This document shows positions 12,540 to 23,800 of a DNA stretch of 64,000 nt, piece after piece (position 1 is the stretch's first letter; each line of letters opens with the position of its first letter). The stretch is from Lama guanicoe (Eukaryota). The position numbers and the translations under genes were made by a program. The notes beneath the pieces were generated by a model. It did not search any database. It saw only the letters and a program-made list of their open reading frames with translations, and had not been told where the DNA came from. The stretch covers positions 15,988,373 through 16,052,372 of the forward strand of contig MU053881.1 in NCBI GenBank assembly GCA_013239625.1, read 5' to 3'.

Positions 12540-13626
12540 CGACTGAGCTGGCCGGGTATCACTTAGTGAGCGGAGGAGCAAGAGGAGGAGGCAGGAGCCG
12601 GCGTTGGGTCTGCAGCGCTGATCACCTGGGCGGGCCCTCCGCTCCGGTGGGCGGGGTCAGGTCAAGGAGACGCCCCCAGGCCGGCTGGGCAGGACGTGGC
12701 ATTCGTGGGAGCCAGGTGCGCACAGTGCTCTCTGCTTCAGTCCTGCGGTGACCATCAGTGTTTCGGGTCCATAGCCGGGCCCCCCGCAGAGGATGACCTT
12801 GTACAGAAGCCCTCTCCTCCACAACACCAGGGCCGAGGCAGGCCCCCACCCGCTCTCTGTCTTCCGTGTCAGCCATGCTTGATCCTGGGACTCACGAGCC
12901 CCCAGGGACCCTCGGGGCCCCTCCCCAATGCCAGAGACCCCTTACCACCCCCACCCCATTCCTCGGCGCTGGGAGCTATTGTTGCCCAAGGTGGGGAGGG
13001 TTTGGGAGGGGGCTGGGGCCACCGAACCTGCACATCTCAACTTGTAACTCAATAAAAAGTGACAATCCAAGTCTCCGGACCAGTGCTGGATGACTTCAGG
13101 ACGGGGTCGCCCTGATCTTGTTTCCCCATGTGCGGGCTGGACTTATGGTGCCTCCCACTCGGGGCTGGCCTGCAGAGACTTAAGGATATGGTCGGTCCAG
13201 GCTTGCTTCCTGAGTTTCCCTCCCTCAAAACGCAGGGGCTACTTGGGCAGTATTCCCAGAGCAGAAGGCTGTATGGGGCCGAGCTCCCGGTCCCTGGAGG
13301 GGAGAAGGAAGACCAACTGAGGTCAATGCTGAAGTTGAGGTGAGGATCAGCGGCTGTTGCATCTAATTAGAGTAGCCATAATTGATGCCAGCTCCATGCA
13401 AGGCCCTGTGCTGGGTATCTTAAACCCAGAGGTTCGTCAATGCACACTACACAGCAAATTGGTACCTCTTACTGTCCTGTTTTTATCTTACAACTTGATC
13501 GCTTTTGTCATAAAGATGGTTTTTATTTTGAATCTTTTTTTGCCTGGTGGAAGGATTTCCCTGCTCAGTGGCTGTGCTCTTGCTACTTTGTATCTTTTTT
13601 CTTTTTAAGGAAAAAAAAACTTTAAG

Positions 13627-13733
13627 AGGGGAGGTAATTATTTTATTTGCTCATTTTTAATGGAGGTACTGGGGATTGAACCCAGGACCCTGTGCATGCT
13701 AAGCACACATTCTACCACTGAGCTATACCCTCC
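13627..13733 (-). mobile_element. tRNA-derived SINE, camelid Vic-1-like
   Basis: Minus strand GGAGGGTATAGCTCAGTGGTAGAATGTGTGCTTAGCATGCACAGGGTCCTGGGTTCAATCCCCAGTACCTCCA plus an A-rich tail. Confidence 0.8.
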
Positions 13734-13876
13734 ACCCCTCTCTATTGTATTCTAATGTATATATCTCTAGGTTTATTTGTGGTTTGTGTGGACGGTGGGA
13801 GGAGAGATTTGTCTCCTCAGCTGCTGCACATTTGATCCTTTCCCCACTGGTTTGTGACCCCACCTTTAATTTAAAC

Positions 13877-14100
13877 CAGGGGTTCATACACGGACACTGT
13901 CGTACTTTGGCAAATTCAGGAGACATTTTTGATTGCCACAACTGGGAGTGGCGGGGGTGGGGGTGGTGAAGGAAGTGCTCCTGGCGTCTGGTAGGTGGGG
14001 CCCAGGAATGCTGCCTGACACCCTAAGACACACAGGACAGCCCCCGCCGCAAGGAGTAACCTGACCTCAAAGTCAGTAAGGCAGAGGTGGGGAAACCCTG
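13877..14100 (+). mobile_element. MER20 DNA transposon
   Basis: TTTGGCAAATTCAGGAGACATTTTTGATTGCCACAACTGGG...CACACAGGACAGCCCCC...GAGGTGGGGAAACCCTG. Confidence 0.75.
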
Positions 14101-15380
14101 TTAGACAAATACCATCTCTCCTGGGCTTTTTGGGGTGGGGGGCGTCTGGATTCTTTCTATTTGCGTGTTCTTGGGAGATGGCACGCAGTTTCGATTGTTA
14201 TCGCTTTATCAAGCAACTACTTGGTGTCTGGGAGAATTCCCTGTCTTACAAATGAGCAAACAGAAGCTCGGAGGGTAGTTTCTTCAGCTCAGTTAAAATG
14301 GTAGCACCCAGGCACCCTCCATGGGCAGGGACCCTAATTATCCACAGAATACTCGGGGGCTTAGCAGTGGAGGCAGTGGAGGAATGGAGGCCGGTAGCAC
14401 CTTGGCCTGCCCCCTGCAAGCCCTGGTTCGCTGAGCCGCAAGACGGACAGGTGTTGAATCCAATGAGGCAGCAGATCTCACCAAGTCCAGAAACCCTCTA
14501 GACTGTTTTGAAGAAACAACTTATGGAAAATTTAAATGATCCCATCAACACTATCCCAATAGTGGCTTGGCATTTACTGAAGCTCTTTGCATAAAGTCGG
14601 GGTTACTGATCTCATTTTACAGTGGAAGGAACAGGTTCAGAGAAGCAACGCCGCGAGGCTCCAGTCACACAGGGATCCCTAGGAGTGCTGCTGTCTCACA
14701 CCAGCACCGGGAAGACCTCCCCAGCCCTGCCCACCCCTCACCACACACAATCGGCCCCTCGAGAACATTCCGGAACCCTCCCCCCTTCCCCCAGAGACTT
14801 TCCACCTGGGCTGCAGAGCTGCCTCTGGCTCAGTAGGGCTCTGAGCAAACACTATCCCATGACTTCATTTAATCTGATCCCCACAATGACCCCCTGAGGT
14901 AGCACCTCGCACTTTCCCCAGGCTCAGAGAGAAATTACTGGTCCGAGGTCCCATAGCTGGAAGCAGCATAACCCCGTTCTTGAGCTGGGCAGATTCCCTT
15001 CGTGTAACAGATTGGAAGCCCCTGGCCCAGCCCACACTGTGGGTCTTCTGTGTCTGGGAGATAAAAAATGGATTCTTTGCACAGACAGGACCAAACTGCC
15101 AAAGTATTGGCATGTTTCAAAGCACCAGAATGTCCCAAAGACCCATCTGGTCTACTTGTCTCCTCTCGCATCCCCTTAGTCTCCTCCCATGACAGAGAGC
15201 TCACTACCTCTCCAGCAGTTCCATCTGTAATAAAGTCCTTCCTCAGTCTACAAGGGAGACCTGCCTGGCTGTTCCCCAACTAGCCCTCTGGAGCTAGAGA
15301 TGGGGGGCTGCTCTCACAGGGCAGCTGAAACATTCAAACACTCTGCTCTCTACCTAAGCTGAATGGCAACTCCCCAGTGT

Positions 15381-18300
15381 TCAGCCACGGGCCTGGATGT
15401 CCTGGGGCCGCAGCTCTCGCTCACCCTCAGCCAGGAAGACAAGGAGGGCACGGTGCAGCAGATGTACCCCTAAGCGGCGGCGCCGGTGCAGTGGCCAGCC
15501 TGCCACCACTCCATAGCAGTGTCCTTGCTTCTGGTTGGTCAAGGTCTGGATCCCTGAGGAGATTGGAGGTTAGGTAACAAAGGCAGCCTCCAGGAACCCC
15601 TGGCAGAAGTATATGCCAGTGAATGCACTAGGTATTGCCCTCGAGCAGGAGTAAACCAATGGAGCAAAATATGTACACGTGCAGATACACAATTGGTAAT
15701 CAATAACTGCTCACTGAACAAATGAACTGCCCTGATGGAGGAAGGGATGAGGAAATCAGCAGATCTAGTGCCCTTCATGTGACAACCCCCACCACCAACA
15801 CACACACAAGCCAGGCACCCACCTAGAGCATCCACAAGACATGCCTCTCGAGTGTAAGCCTCCACGGCGACCACATGCTGGAAGCAATGTAGGGAGACAA
15901 CTCCGCGACCACTGGCCCAAATGTCCAAGATCTGGCGCACCTTGGGACAGGCCTAGGGAGGGGGGCCAAGGCAAGGGGTTAGGAGTCCATCCCCCAATTC
16001 CCTCCTTCTTCTGCCTGTCTGCAGCTGGGCTGCTGCTGCCATGACCCTTGTCCTTATCCTCACACCTGTTTTCCTGGCCGCCCACGGTGACTGAGGGCCT
16101 CCCAGAGGTGGACATCTGGCCGGGCCCGTGTTCCCTTGCCCACATAGAAGATGGCATGTACAAAAATCCGAAGGCATTCAGCCAGGGTCAGTGAGAAGGC
16201 CCGGGCTGGCAGGTCCTGAGTCTCCCTAGATGAAGCAGACGGCTCAGAGAAGAAACGGTGATGAGAGTCACCCCAGAGACAGTCTCTGAAGTCACAGAGC
16301 AAACTGAACCCACGTCCAGTGACTCCTGTTACGTAAAAGGCAGTGGCGGGGGTGGGAACTGTTCCCCCAAGGACACTCAGCAGCTTCAATTGGATCAAAC
16401 TGTCTTTTTTTCTTTTAATAAATTTTTTTTAAAAAATTGAATGAAAGATTCTTTAAATTCTACAGTGCTTCACAGTTTCCAAAAGTTTCACACACATGAT
16501 TTCATATAATCCAAAAATAACTTTTTAAATTCTCCTATATCGCCCCTCCCCCATCCCCTCTCCATTCTGGTAATCACTAGTTTGTTTTCTATATCTGTGA
16601 GTCTGCTCCTTTTTTGTTTTATTCACTAGTTTGTTGTATTTTTCAGATTCCATATATAAGTGATATTGTACAGTATTTGTCTGTCTCTTTCTGACTTCTT
16701 TCACTTAGCATAATGCCCTCCAAGTCCATCCATGTTGCTGCACATGGCAAAATTTCATTCTTTTTATGGCTGAGTAGTATTCCATTGTGTGTGTGTATAC
16801 ATCAATTATATATAAGATATATGTCACAATTATATATATATATAATTATATATATATCACACCAATTGCCTTTTGTAAATAAAGAAGCTGATGACCAGAG
16901 AAGGCCAGTTTCCTTCTTAAGGACACACAGAATATAAGAACCAATCCCAGAATTTCCAGCTCCCACTTCCGGGTGACTTCTGCTCCAAGTACCTGGGGTC
17001 CAGGAGCAGATAAGTGAAGCTGGACTTCACAACTCCCTCCCGCCACCTTCTGGAGGGATCCGGCCGCTTAAACTGCTGGGCAAGAACATCCTCATCTGCC
17101 TGGGCATCTGGGATGCGGCCTGTCCGCAGGGCCTCAGCCAGCTCTGGGCTGTACCCTGAAAATTCTGGGCCTGGGAGGGGAAACTGGGTCAAGAGAGACA
17201 AAGGAAGGGGTGGTTCCCAGAGATGGAGGGAGAAGTAGGTTGCACTGAGAGCCAGGGGGTCTCCAGGGACTCCTGGAGGTTCCTTGTACTCTGGATGCCC
17301 AGAAGGGACTAACCTGGAGCAGCCTGGGCTTCTTCCAGCCGTCGGAGGTAGTGTGGCCGGCTGAAGGGCGTGATGGGGCCAGGGCTCTCACCAAGCGCCC
17401 GGAGTGCTTGCAGCAGCTCCAGGTCAGATATGGTGGGGTCCAGTGGGCATTGGCAAGAGGGGACGGGGTCTCTGCTCCCCATGGAGCTCGCCTCATCCTC
17501 TGTCAGCCAGAGGGCAGCCACATCACTGTCAAGGGACTGGTGATCTTTCTGGAAGTGGAATTCACAGGGTCCAGACGGTGGTTCCCAAGGGGGCCTATTG
17601 GCTGGGCTCCTGTCTGGGAAGGACTTAGAGGAGGGGGAAGCATCTGGCAAGGTCAGAGTCAGGGCTTGCAGGCGGGCATTTAGTTCTGTCTCCCTGCACT
17701 CCATGAGGGCTTGATGCTCCAGTTGTGGGGTACCCGAAGATCTTGGCACCCTCTGGGAGGGTTGGACACCAGTCCAAGGGTATGTGTCGGGGCATGGCTC
17801 CTCAGCTCCAGAGGCCTCAACCGCGGTGACAAAGGAGGCAACTGAGCTGCAATCCCAGCGCCCTAGGGGGGACCCCGAGATGCCATCTGCGTCAGCAATG
17901 TTAGGGTGGGCAAGAAGGCTGGGGGGTCCAGGGCTAGCCTTCAGGTTCATGTCCTTGCTGTCACCTCTGTCCAGTGCTGTGGAGTCCAGCGTCACATTGG
18001 GAGGTCCTGGGGGGCTGATATCCAGCCCCTTTTCCCAAGGGCCTGGGCCTGGAGCAGGGGATAAGAGTGAGTGTCAGAGAGGAGGGAGGAGGAAATGAGA
18101 GACAAAGACGGAAGTCAGATCAGATAGAAAGAAGCGGCTGAAATCACGAGGAGAAGGGAGCGAGTCGGAGGCAGAGAGACTGACTGGAGATCCTGGACAT
18201 AAAACTCAAACGGGGAGAGAGTGGACATCAGAGACAGAGAATCGCAAAGCTAGATCAGATGCTAAGCATCCCCAGGCGCGCAGGCTCCACTCACCACCAG

Positions 18301-19360
18301 GCTGGGGTTCTGGGTCCTCGGTGACTGCCCGGGTCCGGGTCGGGGTCCTGGTCTGGGTCTCCAGCTCCCGCAGGATACGCACACAGTTCTGATGCCCCTG
18401 CTGCTCCGCCAAGTCCAGCGGCCGGAGTCCATCCTGCAGCGGCTCAGTCAGCAGGGGGCGCCCGAGGCCCTCTCCTCCCTCCCTCCCTCCCTCCCTCAGG
18501 GTTGGCCCTGCTACAGCCAGCGCAGGGGACCCCACCTGGTCGCGCAGCGCGGGGTCCGCACCCTGGCTCAGCAGCAGCTCCAGGCCGCGGCGACAGCCCC
18601 AGGCAGCAGCCACGTGCAGCGGCGTCAGCGCCTCGGCCGATCTGGAGCAGAGGCGAAGGAGGGAATCAGTAGATGAGGGAACTCGATCTCCGCCCCGGGT
18701 CCCGGAGCCTTGGCTCTCAGCCCCCTATCTCCGTTCTCTAGCCTGAGATACCACCCTTGGAATCTAGATCCTGCGCCCTTGGGCCGGAACTCAAACTTCT
18801 GCTCTCTGACTCTAGAAACCATCAGATGCGAAACTTTGATTCCTCACTTTGGCCCCAGCGCAACCTCATGCCGCAATATAGGTCTAGTACCCTAGCCTCC
18901 GCCGCTCTTGAACCCTCAAGATCCCTTCCCAGGTTCCCCAAGTTCCGCCCCCGGGTCCCCATCCTTGGATCGTGGGACGCCCTCTCCTGGACTCCCAGGT
19001 CTCACTCTCGGACTCGGGAGACACCTCCTCTGCGCGGCATACCTGCCCCAAGCCTAGACTTCCTCTTACCGTGCGTTGGGGTCTCCGCCACAGCGCAGCA
19101 GGGCCTCAAGGCAACTCAGACTCCGCGGGTGCCGGGCTCTGGCCGCCAGGTGCATGGCCGCCGCGCCATCCTCCAACACCAGGTTGGGGTCGGCACCGCG
19201 GCGGAGCAGCTCCTCCACGACCCTACGGTCAAAGGGTCAGAGTGGACCGCGACACACGCCCCCCACTCCCGCCCCGCCCCCCCGGGCCCCGCCCTCACCG
19301 CAACTCCTCCTCCCGCAAGGCCACCCGCAGCCGCCGAGCCAAGCCAGCCGCAGCGCCCAT
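15381..19360 (-). CDS. ANKLE1: Ankyrin repeat and LEM domain-containing protein 1 (GIY-YIG structure-selective endonuclease), 9 exons, 611 aa
   Basis: Exons 19360-19299, 19222-19070, 18641-18536, 18433-18295, 18048-17314, 17170-16993, 16225-16066, 15952-15823, 15553-15381; phases consistent. Ankyrin repeats (TPLHVAAAWG), LEM (SDLELLQALRALGESPGPITPFSRPHYLRRL), GIY-YIG (SFTYLLLDPR...IFYVGKG...AYTREACL...LTN), C-terminus PQDIQARG*. Confidence 0.95.
16420..16810 (-). mobile_element. LINE-1 3' fragment (ANKLE1 intron 6)
   Basis: Typical antisense L1 3' sequence: TTCAGATTCCATATATAAGTGATATT...TTCACTTAGCATAATGCCCTCCAAGTCCATCCATGTTGCTGC...GGCTGAGTAGTATTCCATTGTG. Confidence 0.8.
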
Positions 19361-20865
19361 GCCCCGGGGGCCGCCCAGGCCCGCGGCCAGGCGGGCTGCT
19401 TTCCAACTTCCCGCGGCGCACTTGTGCGCACGCGCCGTCCCGCCCACCGGCTGGGTTCCCCGCGCGGAAGCGCAGTGCAGGGTCTCCAACCAGGCAGACC
19501 CACGCCGCATTGCAGTCCACATCGAGGTTCAGAAGCTTTAGCGCTGGCCCGACCCCGCGACACCAAGTGGCGTCCAGACAGGGCTTGGGGCTGCCGATAA
19601 GGGCCTGGGAGGGTGGAGGTCGCCGTGTGTGCCATTATCTCTCAAAATGGTGTAAACACGAACGCACCCTGCTGGAGGGGGTGGAGCTACGATCCGGGCA
19701 CTAAGTCTCAGGGCATTAAGTCTCCCGGAATCCTCTGCCCAGGCGGCCTCCATTAGCACACACATCCCTGATGGTATATAAGTCTTCAGTTAATAGCTCC
19801 CGCTTGCAGAAGCTATGCGTCTCCCGTTTTCAGTCCCGCAGGGTCGGGAGCCCATTACTTCGGAGATCTGGGACTCTTAGGGCTTTAGTTTCCCCATATG
19901 TAAAATGGGAGAATAACCCCAGGTGGCTTTGAAGATGATCGAGGGGCCTGGCACACAGATGCCCAATAAATGCTCATGGGAAAGAAAAGCTGTTTCCCCA
20001 TAAAACTATTTTTTTATGGAACTGAGAAAATCTAGCTGGTAAACTTTTTTTTCACAATTTCTCATTATCCAGGAAGGCAACTGAATAGTGGACCTGTTAT
20101 AACTGTCTCCTTTCTCCCTTCCTCTGGGGAGCACCCACACTATTTCCTAATGGAACTATAAACCTCCCTTCCCAGAGAGGCTTGACGGAGACCTGGCCAA
20201 TCAGAGCATCCCACAGCTATGGCCCATGACTGGCCCAAAGCAAGGTTATATGACCCAGGCAAGGCCAGTCATATGGGCGAGCTGGGAGAGCCCTCACATC
20301 ATCTGGGTTGGGATTTGGGGAGTGGTCACAGCCATCTCACCCCTTTCCACGGGTTGGGAAGAAAACAGGGCACACTGAATACCAACCATTCAGGGTATTT
20401 CACCCTTCCAATTCAGGGTATTTATTTCACCCTTCCCCAGTGGCAACATCATGCCTGAAGCTGCCTAAGGCTTCCTATCCACAAGAACCAAGCCATTCTC
20501 CTTTCTGCTCAGGGGATGGGTCTTCTGTCACTTGGAACCAAAAAGATCCCAATTAACACAAGTTGATTGTTGTGGACCTGGGTCAGGGAGTCTCCGATTT
20601 TTATTTTGATGACAAAAATCACACAGGTAATAACAAAAATTACAACTGAAAAACTGGGAGTGGGATGTGGGCTGGAAAACATGGGGAATGGCTGCCTAGA
20701 GTCCTTGGGATGCTTCCCGGAACCCTGGGTTTCTTTACAGGGTTCCCCAGGTGCCTGGGGTGCCTCCTGTGACCTACTCTGGGGGTCCTACAGAGCCCAG
20801 TTTGAGAACCAGTATTCTAGGCCACAGGTTTCATTGTACAAGAAGGTTGGATGTACAGAGATGGT

Positions 20866-23800
20866 TCAGACAGTGGCCTCAACCTCGGTGGCTTCATCGT
20901 CCTCCTCCAGCAAGCTGTAGGAGGCATGGCTTTGGCAGGGCCGCTGCAGTGGATGAGCCAACAGCTTGGCCATACAGTTGTGAAGCTCAAGGGCTGGCCC
21001 AGCCAGTGCCACTTCATACTTATAGCTGGTCCCCTTGGTGTCCAGGCTGCCCATGAAGGCAAACATGTCCTGTGGGGTCAATGAAGGGCTGTTCAGACAG
21101 AGGTTCCCCTGACAGGCCTTCCCTGTCTGGAGGGCTTCCCAGGAGGGGCCTCAGGGATGGGTTCTGAAGGGTAAAGAGGGGTTTGCCAGGCAGAAAACAT
21201 TCCCTTATTCAGCAAACATTTCATGCCACCCACCTAGTGCTAGAACCCCAAAAGGTCTCAGTGCTGGAGCCCCTGGTCTGGAGAGGCATGGTTGGATACA
21301 ATGATCCCCAGCCCCCATGCTGATCTTCCTTGAGGAGCAGGGAAGGCTTCCCAGAGTAGGGACTTCTAATTTGGGTATTGAAGTATAAACAGGAGCTGGG
21401 CTCAACTCCTCTGGCTAACAGCTGGGTAAACTGATGCTCAAAGAGATAAGTGCCTGACTCCATGTACCAGTTAGTTCAGGGCTGGGATGTAAAGAACCAG
21501 CAGAACCTCACAAGGCAAGAAGGCAGCAGGCACAGAGAAAGTAATGACAACAAGAGAGGGAAGCCGTGAGGAAGTGGACAGGACCCTACATGCTCCTGAG
21601 CCATTGTCCCAACAGCCCCATTAATTCACTGCAGAAATGTGGGAATGGTTGCTGAGTGACCATGATCCAGCAGGGCCAGGGCTGCAAAATGGAGGTGTTC
21701 CCCCCACCCCCTACACTAGGGCAGGTGGATTCTGAGACATCCCATCTACACCTACACCCTCTTGCCACCCACACTCACAGCAGTCTCTCACCTTCCAGCT
21801 CATCTCCTCCTCCTTCTCATCGGTGCCATTGTGGATGTAAACAACATCAAAGAAGAAATAAGGGCACTGGAACATTTTCTGCAGGGGGAGGAAAGCGAGC
21901 CTTTGGGACTTGGGTCACCCCAGGCCCCCAAGACCACAATTCCCCAGCTTCTGCCTTAGGCTCTGGGAACTGGTCTCAAGGCACCCCAGCTCCTATGATC
22001 AGGAAGTCCCTCCTGGGATCTAACCACCATCCTGCTGGCTGTAGGCATCCCTCCCTCTCCCAGGCCTTGCTCACCTTCATGGGTTCTGTCAGGGAGAACT
22101 GAGGCTGGCAGGGTGGACGGCTATAGACAAGGATGGTGCGGACCACGTATGGTGGTGGAATCGTCTGCACATTCTCCGTGACTGGCAGCTCAGTCTTCTG
22201 TTGGCTACACAGGGGGAAGGAGGGAGGATGGGTCAGAGCACACCTTGATAGCCCACTCCTCTCATCACACTTGGGGGCCCCACCTGACCCCTCCCAAGTT
22301 CACTGTTGCCTCTGAGCTTTCCCACATGCTGTTCCCTGTGCCCCAGCACCTCCCTAGCTTGGCCTTTCTGCCTGGCCTCTCCTGCTCCATCAGAGGCTTT
22401 GTTGACCCCAAAGCTAGAGCCTGCTCCAGCCATCCTCAGCACCCTGAGCATCCCCCATCACTGCGTTGAGCTGGACCCGCCCTACCAGGCCAGGAGACTC
22501 TTAGGCAGGGACCACATCTTATTTTTTTTTACCCCTGCATGGGACCACATCTTATTTGTTAAGTCAGCACCCAGTTCCCCACTCAGCCACAGGTGGATCT
22601 CATGTTGAGCAGAGGACACTAGGCAGACAAAGGGCTAATACCCTTAATATGTAAAAAGCAAATCTGATCAACAAAAACAAAGCCAACAGCCTTCTAGAAA
22701 AATAGGTAAAGGGGACGAATAGACAAATTACTGAAAGAATAATGAATGGCTTTAAAATGAATGAAAAGAAAAGCACAGCAAAGCAAGATGTGGCCTCTTC
22801 CCACCTATCAGATGGGCAGAACATTCAGCAGTGTGGTCAACCCTGGTGCTGGGGGAGATAAACAGGGTTAATTTCCTGGGAAAGTACTTTGGCAAAGTCT
22901 AGCAAAATTAAAAACACACACCTCCTTGTTCTTGCATGTCTTTCATTGGGAATTTATCCCATAGATTCACTTGCAAAATCTGCCGAGATGGTTGTACCAG
23001 GATAATCATGGCAAACAAGGCAAAACACACTCCACGACCACCATCAGGGGGCTGACAAAAAAAGGGCTTGGATTCCTTGGGCCCACAAGCTGAGTTTTGT
23101 TTTGTTTTTTTCATTTTTAAACTGTTGGGAAGAAAGAAACTCAAAGGGAGACTATTTTGCCACATGTAGAAATGATGTGAAATTCAAATTTGTGTCTGTG
23201 AATAAAGTTTTATTGGCTCATAGCCACGCCCACTTGGAGGCATCTGGTCTGTGGTTACTTTTAGATTACAGAGTCTAGTTGCTACAACAGAGACCACGTG
23301 GCCAACAAAGCCAAAAATATTTATTGTCTGGCCCTTTAAAGAAAAAGTTTGCTGCTGCTGCTGCTGCTGCCGCCGCCGCCGCCACCGGAGAACCACTGGG
23401 CTGTTACAGAGTAAAGGACAGCAAGACTTGAGAAAGAACCTCTTTTGCAAAACTGCTTCCAGACAGGTCAGTGAGCAGTTGTTCCCAGAAGAAAGGGTGG
23501 GAAAAGAAGACTTGAGGCCTTCCTAAATGTCTATTTCTGGGCTGTCTGGAGCTTTTACCCAGAAGGGGTGGTGAACAATAAGTTCCCCCGGGGGGACTTA
23601 CATGAGGCTGAAGAGACCTTCCAGATCTGGTGGGAACGCTAAGGAGAAGACTGGTGGCAGCAATGCGCAGGTAAGCAGGGAGAGGGGGCTTTCCTCCTCC
23701 TGATGCCAGGAGAGCACAGATGCCTCTGAGCCTATTGCCAGGAGACATGCTGTGTAACCCTAGCCTGGTTGCTTGCCCTCTCTGAGCCTGTTATTCCCTC

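Noticed and set aside
13660..13733. tRNA-Ala-like sequence with A and B boxes (also at 9458-9532)
   Set aside because: Diverged stems and an attached A-rich SINE tail in both copies indicate SINE heads, not tRNA genes.
18434..18535. ANKLE1 intron 3 is 102 nt and stop-free in frame
   Set aside because: Good splice sites; retention would break an ankyrin repeat; short GC-rich introns are often open by chance.
18757..19704. 315-aa plus-strand ORF
   Set aside because: Antisense to ANKLE1 exons 1-2 in a CpG island; low-complexity Pro/Arg/Ala sequence with no recognisable domain.
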